Source: Eledone cirrhosa
Taxonomy: Eukaryota
Direction of reading: 5' to 3'
Length of the DNA stretch: 64,000 nucleotides
Assembly (NCBI GenBank): GCA_964016885.1
Contig: OZ024745.1
Span: 113,956,001-114,020,000 of the forward strand
The position numbers were made by a program, and so were the translations under genes. The notes under the pieces were generated by a model. It was not told the DNA's origin. It worked only from the letters and a program-made list of their open reading frames with translations, and did not search any database. Shown here one piece after another: positions 50,619-64,000 of this stretch. Positions within the stretch are counted from its first letter, which is position 1; each line of letters starts with the position of its first letter.

Positions 50619-51720
50619 TATATACATGTATGTATGTATGTATGTATGTACATATATATACATATGTATGTACATATGTATGCCGGTACGTATGTATATA
50701 TGTATGTATGTATATATGTATGTAGGTGCGTATGTATGTATATGTGAACGTATATATATATATATATATATACATATATGTATATGTATATGTATGTATG
50801 GATGCCAAATGAAGATATGTGCTTGAATGTTTGAATTAGTAGATGGGTAGTTTGATGGATAGTTGTACAGTGGTCTGCTTCAATGGCTAAAACATTGCTA
50901 TAGGCAATCATTGAAATTACATTATATAGCCGCTAATTACATTTCAATATTTCCATTCATCTTTCTGCTCTTCCTTCTTCTTCTTCTTCTTCTTCTCTCA
51001 ATTTCTCCATCCACACCCATTTTCTCATTCGCTTTCATTCTCATTTCTCACTCTTTCTCTCTATCTCTCTTCTCTCTCTCTACCCCCGCCCCCTCTTCCC
51101 CTCTTTTTTTTTTTTTATTTCGGCGATCGTTTCTAAACTAATCTCTCTGTTGTAATTGTAAAGCCAAAGGCCATTCATAAATGCCATGAATTAATCAAGA
51201 CGTTGATATGACTTCGTTTCTAAAAAGCTTATTTATGAAGTAATTGAAACGCTCTGCCAAGGTTTTGCTTGCTTTCAATGGGAAGTGTCTAAATGAGAAA
51301 TTGTAAACTGGCAAGATGTCGTCAACAAACCAAAAAGCGAACCGTCTACATTTGTTTTCGATTTCATTTCTATCAGACAACAGGGATATGTTGATTAATT
51401 GAATGGTTTAAAATTGCAACAGTCACACATGGAATGACTGGCGTCTCAGATCGGCCTGTCACTTTCATGTGAACGATAGAAGGGTCAGAAAGAATCATTA
51501 ATATGTTCTGGCCAAAATATGGCTAAAATATGGATGAAATGATAGATAGACTGCTGGATCGATGGATGGATGGATAGAGATTGAAAGATAGAAGGATCGA
51601 TGAATATATGGGACGATGGAAGGATGGTTAGATTGTTAGATCGATAGTTGGATAGATGGATATTTGAGTAGTATGGATGGGTGGGTGGATGTTAAGGTAT
51701 ATAAATAAGATAGGGATAGT

Positions 51721-51778
<58 letters not shown>

Positions 51779-52005
51779 CATGAGAATAATTGAATACTGC
51801 GTGGTTTCACATGGGTTACATATGATAAAAATAGTCCTTCATCAGTGATTTTCCAGCCTTCATTGGTATTTCATCGCTTTAAAAATCATATACCTCCAGT
51901 TGGTGCGAGCAATAGATAAATAAAGCTATTGGGACAAGTAAATCGTGTAAAGCGAGCAAGACAAGTAAACAAACATAGAAGGATAGCAACGCAAAGATAG
52001 GAAGA

Positions 52006-52261
<256 letters not shown>

Positions 52262-53094
52262 TGGATGGACGGATATACATATAAGCATATATTCTGGTTG
52301 ATTAACTGAAGGGATGATTCGACGGCATTATCAACGTATTCTTTGTTCTTTCCCTGTCATTTCCCTTATCCCTTTCCTCTATCAAAGAATCGACTGTGTA
52401 CACATCTGGGGATGGATGGGCTGTGCCGCATTTTAAATATTCAATGAGGGCACACCTACAACACTATTAAGGGCTCAGAGCGCAAGGAAGGCAGAAATCA
52501 TTATTAGGACAAATATGAACATTGGTTGGTAGAATTTGTTTATCGCCAGAAGAAATACTTTCTGCCTTTCTTCTGTGCTCTGAGTTCAACTCCCATAACG
52601 ATCGGCGTTGCCTTTCATCCTTCAAATATCCATAGAATAAGTACTTGTCAAGTATTGGAGCTAATTTAATCAAGTACACCATCCCTTTAAATATATGCTT
52701 TTGTGTCTATGTCATTATATATGGAGGAATAATTATAATTGTAGGCAAGGAAATAATTAAAGAATGTTGAATGATCCTTTTTAATGCAGGCTAGAATATT
52801 TATGTGATCAGACAGCTGCACTGTCCCAGATGTGTCAGCAGTTTTCTTCTTATGTGTTGCTACAATGGCAAGGTGCTGTTGAATGGGATTTTGTTGATGT
52901 ATCTTTTCTTTTTGGGGAGATGTTCACAACGTTCATGTTTATTGTGGTAGTGCAATTCCAGCTTGAAGGGTCATGTTGTATTTCAGAGCGCGGCAGGTTA
53001 AGAAGTGGTGAATAGTAGCACATAGATTGAAGAATATGAACTGAATATAGTTCCATAGTTGCGTCAACTTATATGTCAATAATGCTGTCTGAAA

Positions 53095-53271
53095 TTGGCA
53101 CAAGGCCAGCAATTACCCAGTACATTACAGGTACTTTATTTTATCGACCCCGTAAGGATGAAAGGCAAAGTTAACCTCGGCGGGATTTGAACTCAGATCA
53201 TACAGGGAGGTAACTTATATGTCAATAATTGTTTCTACTTTAGGCACAAGGCCAGCAATTACCCAGTGCAT
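53095..53271 (-). mobile_element. Rearranged SINE insertion bounded by a 21-bp direct repeat
   Basis: tgtcaataatgctgtctgaaa at 53074-53094 and 53272-53292; two SINE pieces lie inside. Confidence 0.8.
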
Positions 53272-54109
53272 TGTCAATAATGCTGTCTGAAAAGGATCTT
53301 CCAATACAAGAGAAAAGATAGCGCGAACATATAATCAAACATTTTATAAACAGATAATCATGCAAGTCACGACCAAAGACAGTGTTGATATCAATACAAA
53401 CAACATTGCTTTCGCCAAGGTTTTAGGCCTGCATTAAAGGTTATAGACTTAATCCATCACCCGTTTTAACACCACAACTTTAGCCATGACAGCCATTCTT
53501 AGAGGCCATTCTACAGCAAGTATTCTATACAGGTCTCGAGTCTGAAGATAATGTTCGTTTCGCATTCAGGCTCAGTGGCCCTGAAAAGGACAAGAGTGCT
53601 GTCGGTCTTCCACTGACTAATTAATTAAAATAAGAAAAGGTAAAAGCGGTTCTACATGAGTTACCGTGAGCTTGTGATGATAACCCTGAAGAATCGTTTC
53701 CAGTATGTGTAGAGTTGAATTAAAAGCAATGCAAACGGCGAAATAAAATGGGTAGCTTTTATCTTCTGTAGTGTTGCTTATAGATATATTTTATTTGACA
53801 AGACATTTCAAAAGAATAGCACCTTGGTTTTCTGGTGAGGGACCAGAAAATTCAGGTACAATTCTAGAAACAAGAGAGTTTATAGGTTGTACAATGTATA
53901 CATGCATATTTTGTTATCATGATGGTTATCTTGTTCATCTGGTATACATTACGAAGGTGGTGATTTCTTTCAGACAAGGATTTTTGCCAGTACAGCTTCA
54001 TGTAAACTGCTTGAGCATTGTTTGGTGGGGCAATTTGATTATGAGAGAGACAGAAGGGAATTTATCAAGAAATCTGGTTTTAATCTTGGAAACATTCTAG
54101 TCTGTTTCG

Positions 54110-54378
54110 ATTCCGGAGGCTCATCACAGCAGTGCTTATCCCGGTTTCTGTGGTGTTAAGCGACAGAGAGTACATTACCACCCTCACTGGACGGAACACC
54201 CGTCAATCCTAGTGCTAAATCCCCAATTATTGCTGGTACTCATTTTCAACTGAGTATAGTGGAACAGCGAAAAATGAAGTGTTTTGCTCAAGAACGCAAC
54301 ACTCAACCCAGACCAGGAAACGAACCCGCGGCATTATGATCGTAAGTCCAACATTCTTACCACTAGACCACGCGCCTC
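54110..54378 (-). mobile_element. Near full-length CORE-type tRNA-derived SINE
   Basis: Minus strand has the head gaggcgcgtggtctagtggtaag, B-box ggttcgtttcc, and the CORE-like ttcttgagcaaaacacttca…ctcagttgaaaatgagtaccagc. Confidence 0.75.
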
Positions 54379-54789
54379 CTCAGATAGGTCACAAATGAAG
54401 CACGTGTTTTACAGAAGACATTACGTGTAGTATTTGCAGAATTTGCGACAATTGAATGACTATTAATACCTGGGGTGTTCAGAGATCAGTATAAAATGGT
54501 GACGAAATATGCACATCCATATGTCGGTGTGCATGTATGTATCTATATATTTATAACGGATTCATGTATGTATGGATACATGTACGTATGTATGTATGGA
54601 TGGATGGATGGATGGGTGGATGGATGGGTGGATGAATGGATATTTACATGTTGAAATAAATGGATGGCCTGAAAACGAAGGAACAGATTATTTGCATGTG
54701 TTTGGTTGCTTTTTACATTTGAGCAAATTAAATATATCTATATGAGAAAATATAAACCCGAGAGATACCATTTTAGAGATGTACGATCA

Positions 54790-54833
<44 letters not shown>

Positions 54834-55949
54834 CACGTTCGTGTATTATGTGTTTGTAAATGAATTAAGAGTTCGCTCATTTAAAGTGTTCGGTGTTTGA
54901 TAGGTGGTGAGAAGCCATAATTAGTTATAGATAAGTAGAGCAGAAAGGAAAAACAAACTCAAGGTAAAACATTGGTTTATATAAAACTTATGCATTACTA
55001 AAGAGATTTGCGTGAGAATGCCTCATAGACATCATCATATCTTATTGATAATATGTTTCATCTTTTGAAAGAGAGGAAGTTACAAACCTGTTGACCGTTT
55101 TCATAGCAATCTGGATGTTTTACAATGAACAGATCGCCTCTTACATTATTAATAAGACGTAATTTGAACACTTGCCCAGCAATAGATACTTTTCGCAGCA
55201 AAGGTTAATAGAGACTTCTAATGAAGAATTAGTTTCCTTTCAAATAATGGCACAAATTCAAATATCTAACATCTTTAGGGGTTTCCCAGCAGGCGACGAC
55301 TTTAAAATGATGATTTAAGATCTTGCTAGCAGTCTTATGGCGACTCCCTACGGCTTTTCAGCCAGAATGACTGCAATTTGACACGAGACAGATCAAGGAA
55401 ATTAAAAAGCAGCTGCGTTAGACTATTGAATCAACGTACACTGAGTGTTTCTCATAATGTAACTTATATCTGTGTTTGCATGTGTGTATGTGAATGAGTG
55501 TGTGTTTGTGTATGTGGTTGTTTATATGTGTTATAGTGTGAACGTGTGAGTGTACGCATCGATAGGTATGTGCATGTATGTGTGTGTGCTCCTTGGGTGT
55601 TTGTGTGCATGTAAGTGGGTGTATATGTATGGATTGAATGTGGCACCTCAATCAACAACTTATATGGCTATCTGTCAAGCAATAACCAATGCATTGATTT
55701 CTTGTTTCACATTTTTGTTCATGTTTCTATATATATTTATAGGTATGCGTTTGTGTCTGTGTGGTCTATAAGGGAGTTGTGTTCGTGGCTGAACATGTAT
55801 TTGCGTGTATGAGTATTGGTGGGTACTTTAAGATCTACTGATTTGCTCCACAGATCCTGACAGAGGATAAGTTTAGACTGTCTAACTGGATGGCTTCTCT
55901 AGCCATGACAGTTAATGTTTTCTGTTCTGATCTACAGCTTAATGCATAA

Positions 55950-56158
55950 TGGTTTCTGGTGTAGGCAAAATGCCAACAATTTTGGAGTGGGGCAATTCGA
56001 TTTAATAGACCACAGAGCGCTACAGATACTTTATTTTATGAACCCCGTAAGGATGAAAGGCGAAGCTAACATCGACGGGGTTTGAACTCAGAAAGTAAAG
56101 GGTCATAACACTATGCCGCAAAGCATGTTGTCCGATGCTCTACCAATACTGCCAATCC
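55950..56158 (-). mobile_element. Diverged SINE (main family)
   Basis: Head, B-box, central domain and tail are recognisable. Confidence 0.8.
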
Positions 56159-56865
56159 AAAGCCTTTCATCCTCATACATAATAACTGTCAGAATATTGC
56201 TAATTCGTAAGTGTCAGAAAGGTTCATATCCAATCCTTATCAAGAAAACCAATGACATTCTGTCTTTTAAATCTAATCTGCCACCTGGTTTATCACCACA
56301 ACTCGGATACTTTTAGCAGAGTTTACCCTGTTGCAAACAGTCAGATCAGATCTCCGGTCTGCGAAGGTCATCCTTTCACCGTACAGTCACAGAATCCATG
56401 AAAAAAGACATTAATTTCACCCATATATGTGGGTGAAATTAATGCTGCAATGTTTAGTTTTAATTCTTGCAACTTAATATTAGTGGCCGAGAATATAATA
56501 TTTGGGATCTGTTGGTATTACAGAAGGGAGCTATACTTGGTCAGAATGATAAGTTAAAATGTTTTGGGCAAAATCTAAGAAAAGAAAATACAATGGAAAT
56601 TATCAGTTACAACATCAGTTACAACTCTCTATTAATACTGCATCATTAAATAACACGAGCTTCATTACATAATGTTTCCTATTTTCCCTTTGTAAATGAT
56701 GTTATATAATGGGAAACTGTCTCGGATGATGTAATTCAACAACTCCAGAAAAAAATGTTTTAAAAAACGAGCCAACATGTGACCCATACGTGTTCAGTGA
56801 GATTTCAGAAAATAGCAGCCTTCAAATTGCTCCGTACCTTCTTATAAAAAGGAAAGGAATATAAA

Positions 56866-57524
56866 ATAATTGCTTCTACTTTTGGCACAAGGCCAGCAAT
56901 TACTCTCAGTGTATTACTGGTGCTTTATTTTATCGACCGCCTAAGGATGAATGCCAAAGTTAATCTTGGTATATAAAATAATTGTTTCTACTTGTGGCAC
57001 AAGGCCAGCAATTAATCCAGTGCATTACTGGTACTTTATTTTATCGACCCTGTAAGGATGAAAGGCAAAGTTAACCTCGGCGGGATTTGAATTCAGACGT
57101 AAAGGGACGTAACTCTATGCTGGAAATCATGGCATCCGACCCTCTACTGATACGACCAATCCACCGCTGGCCTTGTGCCAAAAGTAGAAGCAATTATTTT
57201 ATCGACCCCGTAAGGATGAAAGGCAAAATGAACCTCAGCGGGATTTGAATTCAGTCCGTAAAGGGACATATCTCTATGCTGGAAAGCATGGCGTTCGACC
57301 CTCTACCGATACTGCCAATCCACCGCCCTCGGCATATAAAATAATTGTTTCTACTTTAGGCACAAGGCCAGCAATTACCCAGTGCATTACTGGCACTTTA
57401 TTTTATCGACCCCGTAAGGATGAAAGGCAAAGTCAACCTCGGCGGGATTTGAACTCAGATCGTAAAGGGACGTAACTATGCTGGAAAGCATGGCGTCCGA
57501 CCCTCTACCGATACTGCCAATCCA
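56866..57524 (-). mobile_element. Cluster of four same-orientation SINE copies (partial, full and chimeric)
   Basis: Copies at about 56866-56969, 56977-57167, 57168-57329 and 57340-57524. Confidence 0.9.
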
Positions 57525-58333
57525 CAAAATAATGTTGGTCAGTTGCAGCAGAAGATTTTTTTTATTTTCATACGCAACTCATGTACAATACGGAATCAAT
57601 CTAATTTATCTTTCTAGCTTGTTGAATTACCTTCTACAGTCTCATTAATTGACACGTTTAGAAACCGTTTTATTATAATAGGTTTAGCTGAATTGTAATT
57701 TTCAGATGCCAAAATCATCAACATGTAAAGCAAAATAATCGATAGGCGTTTTTTTAGCCAGTTTTTATAAGCCACTATTTTTACGATAATTCTTTTCGGT
57801 TAAATGTACCAGCAAATGATTCCCTCTGTTCTTATATATTATTCTCATCTGAAGGAAGAGTTTGTTCTCGCGGCCTTAGTGGGTCTTCCAGATTGCATTA
57901 CCGTTCCGCTTGAAATACTGCAAATCGACAACTGAAGAAAATCAAGTAAAAGGGAGTTGCAGAGGATTCACGATATTGGGTGAGAAAAGGATAAACGAGA
58001 GAGTGGGGACTTCGTAACTTCGTGACTGAAGGTGACACGACACCAGCCAGTTCCGAGAAATTTAATCTAGCTGTGGTATTAAAGGCGGGGAAAGAAGACA
58101 TTACGTATGGGGACAAGACATTGGACCGTCTTTGTGGGCAACTTTAAGCAGATCAGCAGAGTTCCTCACTAATAGTAAAGCTTAGCGTTTAAAGCGATTC
58201 CGAGAATTTTTATTTCACACTCTTCAATTATGTCTATAGGCCTGCTTTACCTTTCGCTACACATGTAATTCAAATGCACCAACCATCGCAGAAGTGAATG
58301 TAGCTACCTAGAAATTGAATAAAAATAAGGCTT

Positions 58334-58680
58334 CATGGAGTTACCAGCAACACACAACCTGGCGTGTGGACTTCGAGGCATCTGATTCTGTCTAGTGTAG
58401 TGCAATCTTGGACATAATGGGCTGCCTATGAAGCTGCTTAATCTAATTAAAATGTTCGATGCTACAGTGAAGAATCTGATCTCTTTTAAATTCCTTCAAG
58501 TGCACGACAGGGCTCTGCACTACCTTCAGCATTCCTTGGCTATGCCATCGGCTGCTTTTCTGAGCGTGCCCTGAGAAATTTGTCAAGCGTTACTGTATGA
58601 GGAGACTTCTCTGTCACTGACGGACCTTGAATATGTCGATGAAAACGTCACAATTGGCGATAACCTCGCAGGGTTGAGGA
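58334..58680 (+). pseudogene. Ancient LINE reverse-transcriptase fragment (RTE-like)
   Basis: Frameshifted translation gives WSYQQ…VDFEASDSV, GLPMKLLNLIK, SARQGSALP..F..YAI and LTDLEYVDE, which correspond to RT motifs DF..AFDSV, GVRQG and DLDYADD. Not represented in the ORF track. Confidence 0.6.
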
Positions 58681-59026
58681 AATCATGAGAAAGGAGGCGG
58701 GCTGAGGTAGCAAAAAGAGAAAGGTTGAAGGGGAAAGAAATATACAGAAAGAAAAGGAAGGTGAAAAAGAAAAAAAAACAGCTGAGAATGCCAGACATTT
58801 GTTTCAAGAGTTATTAACCTCACATCAGTGGTATCCGTTCAACCTGTACTCAGATGAAAATAGACTAGTTTTTGCACGATGACTATTTGCTGGAGGTGGT
58901 CATTTGCACGTAACATATAGAAAACATTGGCTGGAAATTCTCATTTTAATATAGTACGAACTTGGCTGGTTATAATTAATTGACAGTATAACTAAGATAA
59001 CATTATATCATCTAAGATAACATATA

Positions 59027-62020
59027 TCATCATCATTATTTTACGTCCGTTTTTCCCTACTTGCAAGGGTTGGATGGGTCCTATTCAGAACAGCATCTCT
59101 CCACTTGTTACGGTCCTTCGTCATCTCCTCCGTGAGTTTCAGCGATGTGACGTCTGCTCTCACCACCTCCGCCCATGTTTTTCGTGGTCTACCTCTACTG
59201 CGTCTTCCTTCTACTGGGATTTCTTGGCACTTCATTACTCAGCGGTCATCCTCCATGCGTATCACATGTCCATACCATCTCAGCCTTCTCTCCTGCACAC
59301 CACAACTTATCCCTTTTATACCCAGTTTCTTTCTCAACTCGTCTTAGCTTGGTCGTTCACGCACATTGACATTGCTCCAACGGAGCATACTTGCTTCATT
59401 TCTCTCTAGCCGTCGCATATCCTCTGCAGTTGCTGCCCATGTCTCACTACCATGTAGCATCGCGCATCTTACACAGTCATCGTATAACCGTCCTTTCGTA
59501 CGGAGGGAGAAACCATTCTTTGTCAACAGAAGAAGCAGCTCCCTAAACCTTTTCCAACCCATCCTTATTCTAGATACTATGGCCTCGGACCCCCCCCCCC
59601 CCTCCCATGCTAATCTGATCACCTAGGTACCGGAAGCTATCAACCACTTCTATAGAACCCACCTGCATTGGAAAAATATGTCTATCACTGCGATTACTAC
59701 TGCCAACTTTCCCTGTACATCTACTGCATACATAGTTTTCCCTACCTGTTAGTTTGCCTGCCATCCCACTACATCTCTTGTGTACCCAAGATCTGCATTG
59801 CGTACATTTTATGGAATTTATGCCAGTTCCTTTCCTACATATCGAACATGGCCATTTCCCTGATGGAATCAGAGTATTGTCCTCTCTTCTACTTATCAAC
59901 ACTTTTGTCTTAGCTATGTTCACTCTCAGTCCTCTTGATTCCAACTGCTGTTTCCATAGCCATAATTTATTCTCTAGCTCCTCTACTGATTCTGCTATAA
60001 GCATAGATAAGTTCCCATGGGCATCCAGTCTTAAACTCCTCTGTTATGGCTTGGAGGACTATAATGAACAAGAGCGGTCTGAGGACCGAACCCTCATGTA
60101 CGCCTACTTGTATCTGGAATTACTCACTAAACACCATTCCTACTCTCACTTTACTGACAGCACCCCTGTACATAGCTTGCACTGTCCTCACAAGCCATTC
60201 CTCTACACCTAGTTTCCTTAGGGACCACCAGATGACAGATCGGGGTACCCTATCAAAGGCCTTCTCTAGGTAAACAAAAGCTAAGTATAGTGGCTTATTC
60301 TTCTCTAAGAACCTCTCTTGTAGTTGCCTCACTAAGAAGAGGGCATCTGTTCTACTTTTCCGAGGCACAAAACCAAACTGCATCCCATCTAATTTGACTC
60401 TTTCTCTAATCAGTTGCGCTAATATTCTCTCTGCCACTTTCATAACCTGATCCATCAGCTTTATGCCCCTATAATTGCTCCTCTCTAGAGCATCCCTTTA
60501 CCTTTGTAGCAATTTATGAGAATACTGCTGCACCAGTCTTTGGGTATGACACCACCATATATAGCTTGATTGATGATGCGTGCAACCAGTTTAGTGCCTA
60601 CTGATGATGCCTTGAGCATCTCAGCAACTATCCCTGACGGTCCAGCAGCCTTACCATTCTTCATTTCCTTAATTGCCTCTTGGACCCTATATTCGTCAAT
60701 CTCAATGGCTGGTCCCTCTGTCGAATCTACTGGGAGTAATTTCTCTCTCTCCCATTCGTTCTCCACATTCATCAGTCTCTCATAATGACATTTCCATGCC
60801 TCCTTTTTTTATCATTCGTGACACTAAGTACACCAGCATCATTCCGGACACACTTATCTCCAACAACATCCTGATTTGCACTGATACACTGCCTTGCAAT
60901 GCGGAACACCGCATTTCTCTGATCTTCCCGTCGCAGAACATTGGCAAACCTCCTACTATCGGCCTCCCTGCGTGTTAATTACACCTGACGTCTAGCTTCT
61001 CTCTTAGCGGCTGTGTATCCTTCTCTACTCCCACCATTTTTCCAAGCCTTGCATGCCAGTCTTTTGTCTCTAATGGCCCTATCTACCGTGCTGTTCCACC
61101 ACCAGGTCACCCTCTGTCTGGTTGAAGCTTTGCCCCAACCACAAGTTTCTTCAGTAGCCTGCAGTAAGTTGTCACGCAAGAAATTCCAGTTATTATCTTT
61201 GTCATACGACTCTAAATTCTTTTTCGTCATACACATCTTGAAGGGCTTTGCTAAATTTATATTTTAATGGAAGGTCTTTTCGCTTCTAGACCTTTCTTTT
61301 CCACACCTTCCTGTATATCTCATTCTTTCGCTTGCTTACTGAGATGTCACTAACGACTAACCTATGCTGCGGAGTACATTCTTCCCCGGGGTATGCCTTA
61401 GTATTTTACACCATCTGTCTGTCTCGCTGTCTAACTAACACGAAGTTATTCTGGCTTATGTGCTCGCCTAATTTGTAGGTTATTAGGTGGTTAGTAGGCT
61501 TCTTGAAGTTAGTGTTGCAAATGGTTAGTGCATTTGCATCACAAAATTCAAGCAGCCTCATTCCTTCTTCATTCCTTGAGTCGTAACCGTGCCACCATGT
61601 GCCACAGTGTATCCATCCTGGAGCTGTCCAACATGTCCATTGAAGTCCCCTGCTAGCATAACGATGTCTCTCTCCTCTGTCATTGAGGCTGTTTGTAAAA
61701 GTTGCTCGTAAAAACAGTCTTTCTCTTCTTTACCTAGGCCTGCTTGGGGAGCATAGGCAGAGATGATTGTCAGCAGTCTCTTGCCTACATCTAAGCTTAA
61801 TTATTCTATTACTAACTCTAACTACCTCTATTGTCTGATTGATCCATCTCTCAGCTAGTAATATGCCCACCCCACCTAACCCATCATCATTACCCACCCA
61901 GAGAAGCTTATAACTACGATGTTTGCCTGCAATTAGTCTTGCAGAGGCACCTCTCCATCTCACCTCTTGCACACAGCACACATCCACATGCCTTCTCTCC
62001 AGCATCTCCGCTATCTCACC
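59027..62020 (-). mobile_element. RTE-clade LINE, ~3 kb, 5'-truncated and inactivated (APE endonuclease, RT, PHD insertion)
   Basis: APE: DVCCVQEVRW…GGVGILL. RT: KAAGPSG, QFGFVP..S.TDA.F…AFVYLEKAFDRVPR and FRYLG. C-terminus: GRRSRGRPRKTW…DRNKWR, then an (ATG)n-type tail. Many frameshifts; the YADD aspartates are deleted near 60000. Confidence 0.93.
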
Positions 62021-62052
<32 letters not shown>

Positions 62053-62759
62053 GTGACGAAACATAAGTGTGAGTGGGTGTTTATACAAAAACATGTGAGA
62101 GCCATTCTATCAAAGAAAAATATTTTTTCGTTATAAAAAATATTTTTTCTCTTTTGCACTGTGAACATATCCCAGGTATCTCAGTAGCCGTTGAAAATGA
62201 CTGACTGGGATTTTTCTGAATGTATTGGTGACATGCTCTATGGAAAGACAATTAATAAGATATAGTAATAGTTGTAGTAGGAGGTGGAGGGGGGGAGTAG
62301 CTGTTCTCTAGACATGTGTTTGTTCCATTATTGCAAAATTGCAAGTTTATTGTTGTTGGTAACACCCCATGAACAAAATATATAATTAAATATGCTCCAA
62401 CAATGACTATCCTGTCATTTGTTCTCCAAATATAACTTATCTCAAGTTATCCTTTCCTTTTTATAAAGCGATAGCATGTTTTTAGCTATTGATTCACTGG
62501 AGATTCTGGAAAAAAGAAAGCTTTTTATAAGTCGCCAACCACTTTTAGACCACAAATACAACGTATATGCTTACATACTAAGAATATAACCCGAACGAGT
62601 CGAAGAGTAAATGACATTCCTTCATAAGTGATGGCTTTTATAATTAAAGCAATCGCTTGATAGAAATGTAAACGAATATTTCCATTACTGCATCATCATG
62701 AAGATCCCAGTGGAAAGTTCATGACAGAAGTGATATAAGACAGATAGTCGGGTCAATAC

Positions 62760-62972
62760 CTCTTTTCAACTGATCTGCACGTCTTCGTCTTTTGGATCGT
62801 TTGAAACACAAATTGCATCTGCGTTAGTCGTTGAATCAGATGTAATTTCATTAATTCCGCAGTCTATTGGAAATAATTGTTTCGAAAATGGAATTCGGCT
62901 TTGATTGCAGAAGAAATAGTTGAAGATTGCAATGGGCGGGAACAGAACTCGCGTGAAATTAAATCGCAAGAT
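62760..62972 (-). other. Candidate exon (strong acceptor, weak donor)
   Basis: Minus-strand acceptor tttgcatttcttttcatttttactttAG|atc at 62973-62974 and possible donor GAG|GTATTG at 62759. The sequence is unique, frame 0 is open to a stop at 62766, and no domain is recognisable. Confidence 0.25.
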
Positions 62973-63767
62973 CTAAAGTAAAAATGAAAAGAAATGCAAA
63001 ATTCCAGAAATTCTATAACATTGTTGATTTCTGTCAAAGCAATTTGATATTTAAAATGCGATTGCGTTAAATGATACTCCGTGGTGTGACTTTACATTAC
63101 GAATATTTCCAAGTGGACTTTAAAAAGGGTAAATTATATCTGAAGCTTTACTTGCATTTCAGTGCTTTCGTTTTTCTTTTCATTTTTCCTTCTTCTTCTT
63201 CTTCTTCTTCTTCTTCTTCTTCTTCTTCTTCTTCTTCTTCTTCTTCTTTTTTTTTTTTTTTTATTTTCCTTCTCCCTCTTCAGAAAGTTTTATTTTCGTT
63301 TATTTGAAAATTTGACAATTTGATTTCAAAGTCGTACAAATAACATTACAAAAACAGGAAATGGAATTTAACGTAACGCTAAAGAATTAATGACTATATC
63401 ACAAACAAGTGATGATCAAGAATGTTCAACATGGTTTAAAGTGTTAGTTCGACTGGCAAATCTTTTCTATATTTTGTTCAACTGAGAAAGTTTGCATTCG
63501 GAGTATTTTCACGTGAATAAGCTTGGTCGCATCCACGTTCGTGTATAAGGGATACGAGTTCACTCAAACTAAATTCGTGCCAAGAGACTAAAGTGCATCA
63601 TAAAACAATAATAATATGTAAAAGAGGTCAATTCTATTCTTACGCGAGAGGATTTGATCACTGAATTGTAAAACACCAAAACTATATGAAATGTTTTATT
63701 TTGTTTGGTATTCTTCAAACCAATTATTCTTTGTAAGTGCTAAATTTGCCTTGCTGCCAACTAAATC

Positions 63768-63811
<44 letters not shown>

Positions 63812-63964
63812 ATATATATATAATTATATATATATATACATACATATATATTATACTTGGGGAGGGTCATATTTGTGTAATAATATTGCTAGAATTAATA
63901 ACAGAACACACTCACTGTTTGGTTGGTTTTCGCTTCTGTGTCTTTCATATAAAAAACCTCGCAA

Positions 63965-64000
<36 letters not shown>

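Overview
AT-rich, microsatellite-saturated eukaryotic non-coding DNA with no confidently identifiable host gene. It is most likely intronic or intergenic DNA from an octopod cephalopod, inferred from the SINE, RTE and Dong/R4 repertoire. Nearly all long ORFs in the track are translations of (TA)n, (CA)n, (TATG)n or (CT)n repeats. Real coding signal is limited to decayed non-LTR retrotransposons: RTE-clade pieces (including a ~3 kb copy with APE, RT and an inserted PHD finger, and C-terminal C2H2-finger types) and Dong/R4-type RLE elements, two of them sitting in (TATG)n. Also present are many tRNA-derived SINE copies, a ~2 kb non-autonomous Helitron, a MITE and an exact 25 x 80 bp tandem array. 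The most notable signal is a set of short, ORF-less elements inserted in (TA)n, mostly as fold-back duplications. Four unrelated families carry recognisable type I hammerhead ribozyme folds: five with canonical cores, two with a U3:A8 variant core and one degenerate. One is a 310-nt unit with a terminal direct repeat. These resemble Penelope-like pLTR or retrozyme elements. All calls were made by eye, element boundaries are approximate, and nothing was run against a database.
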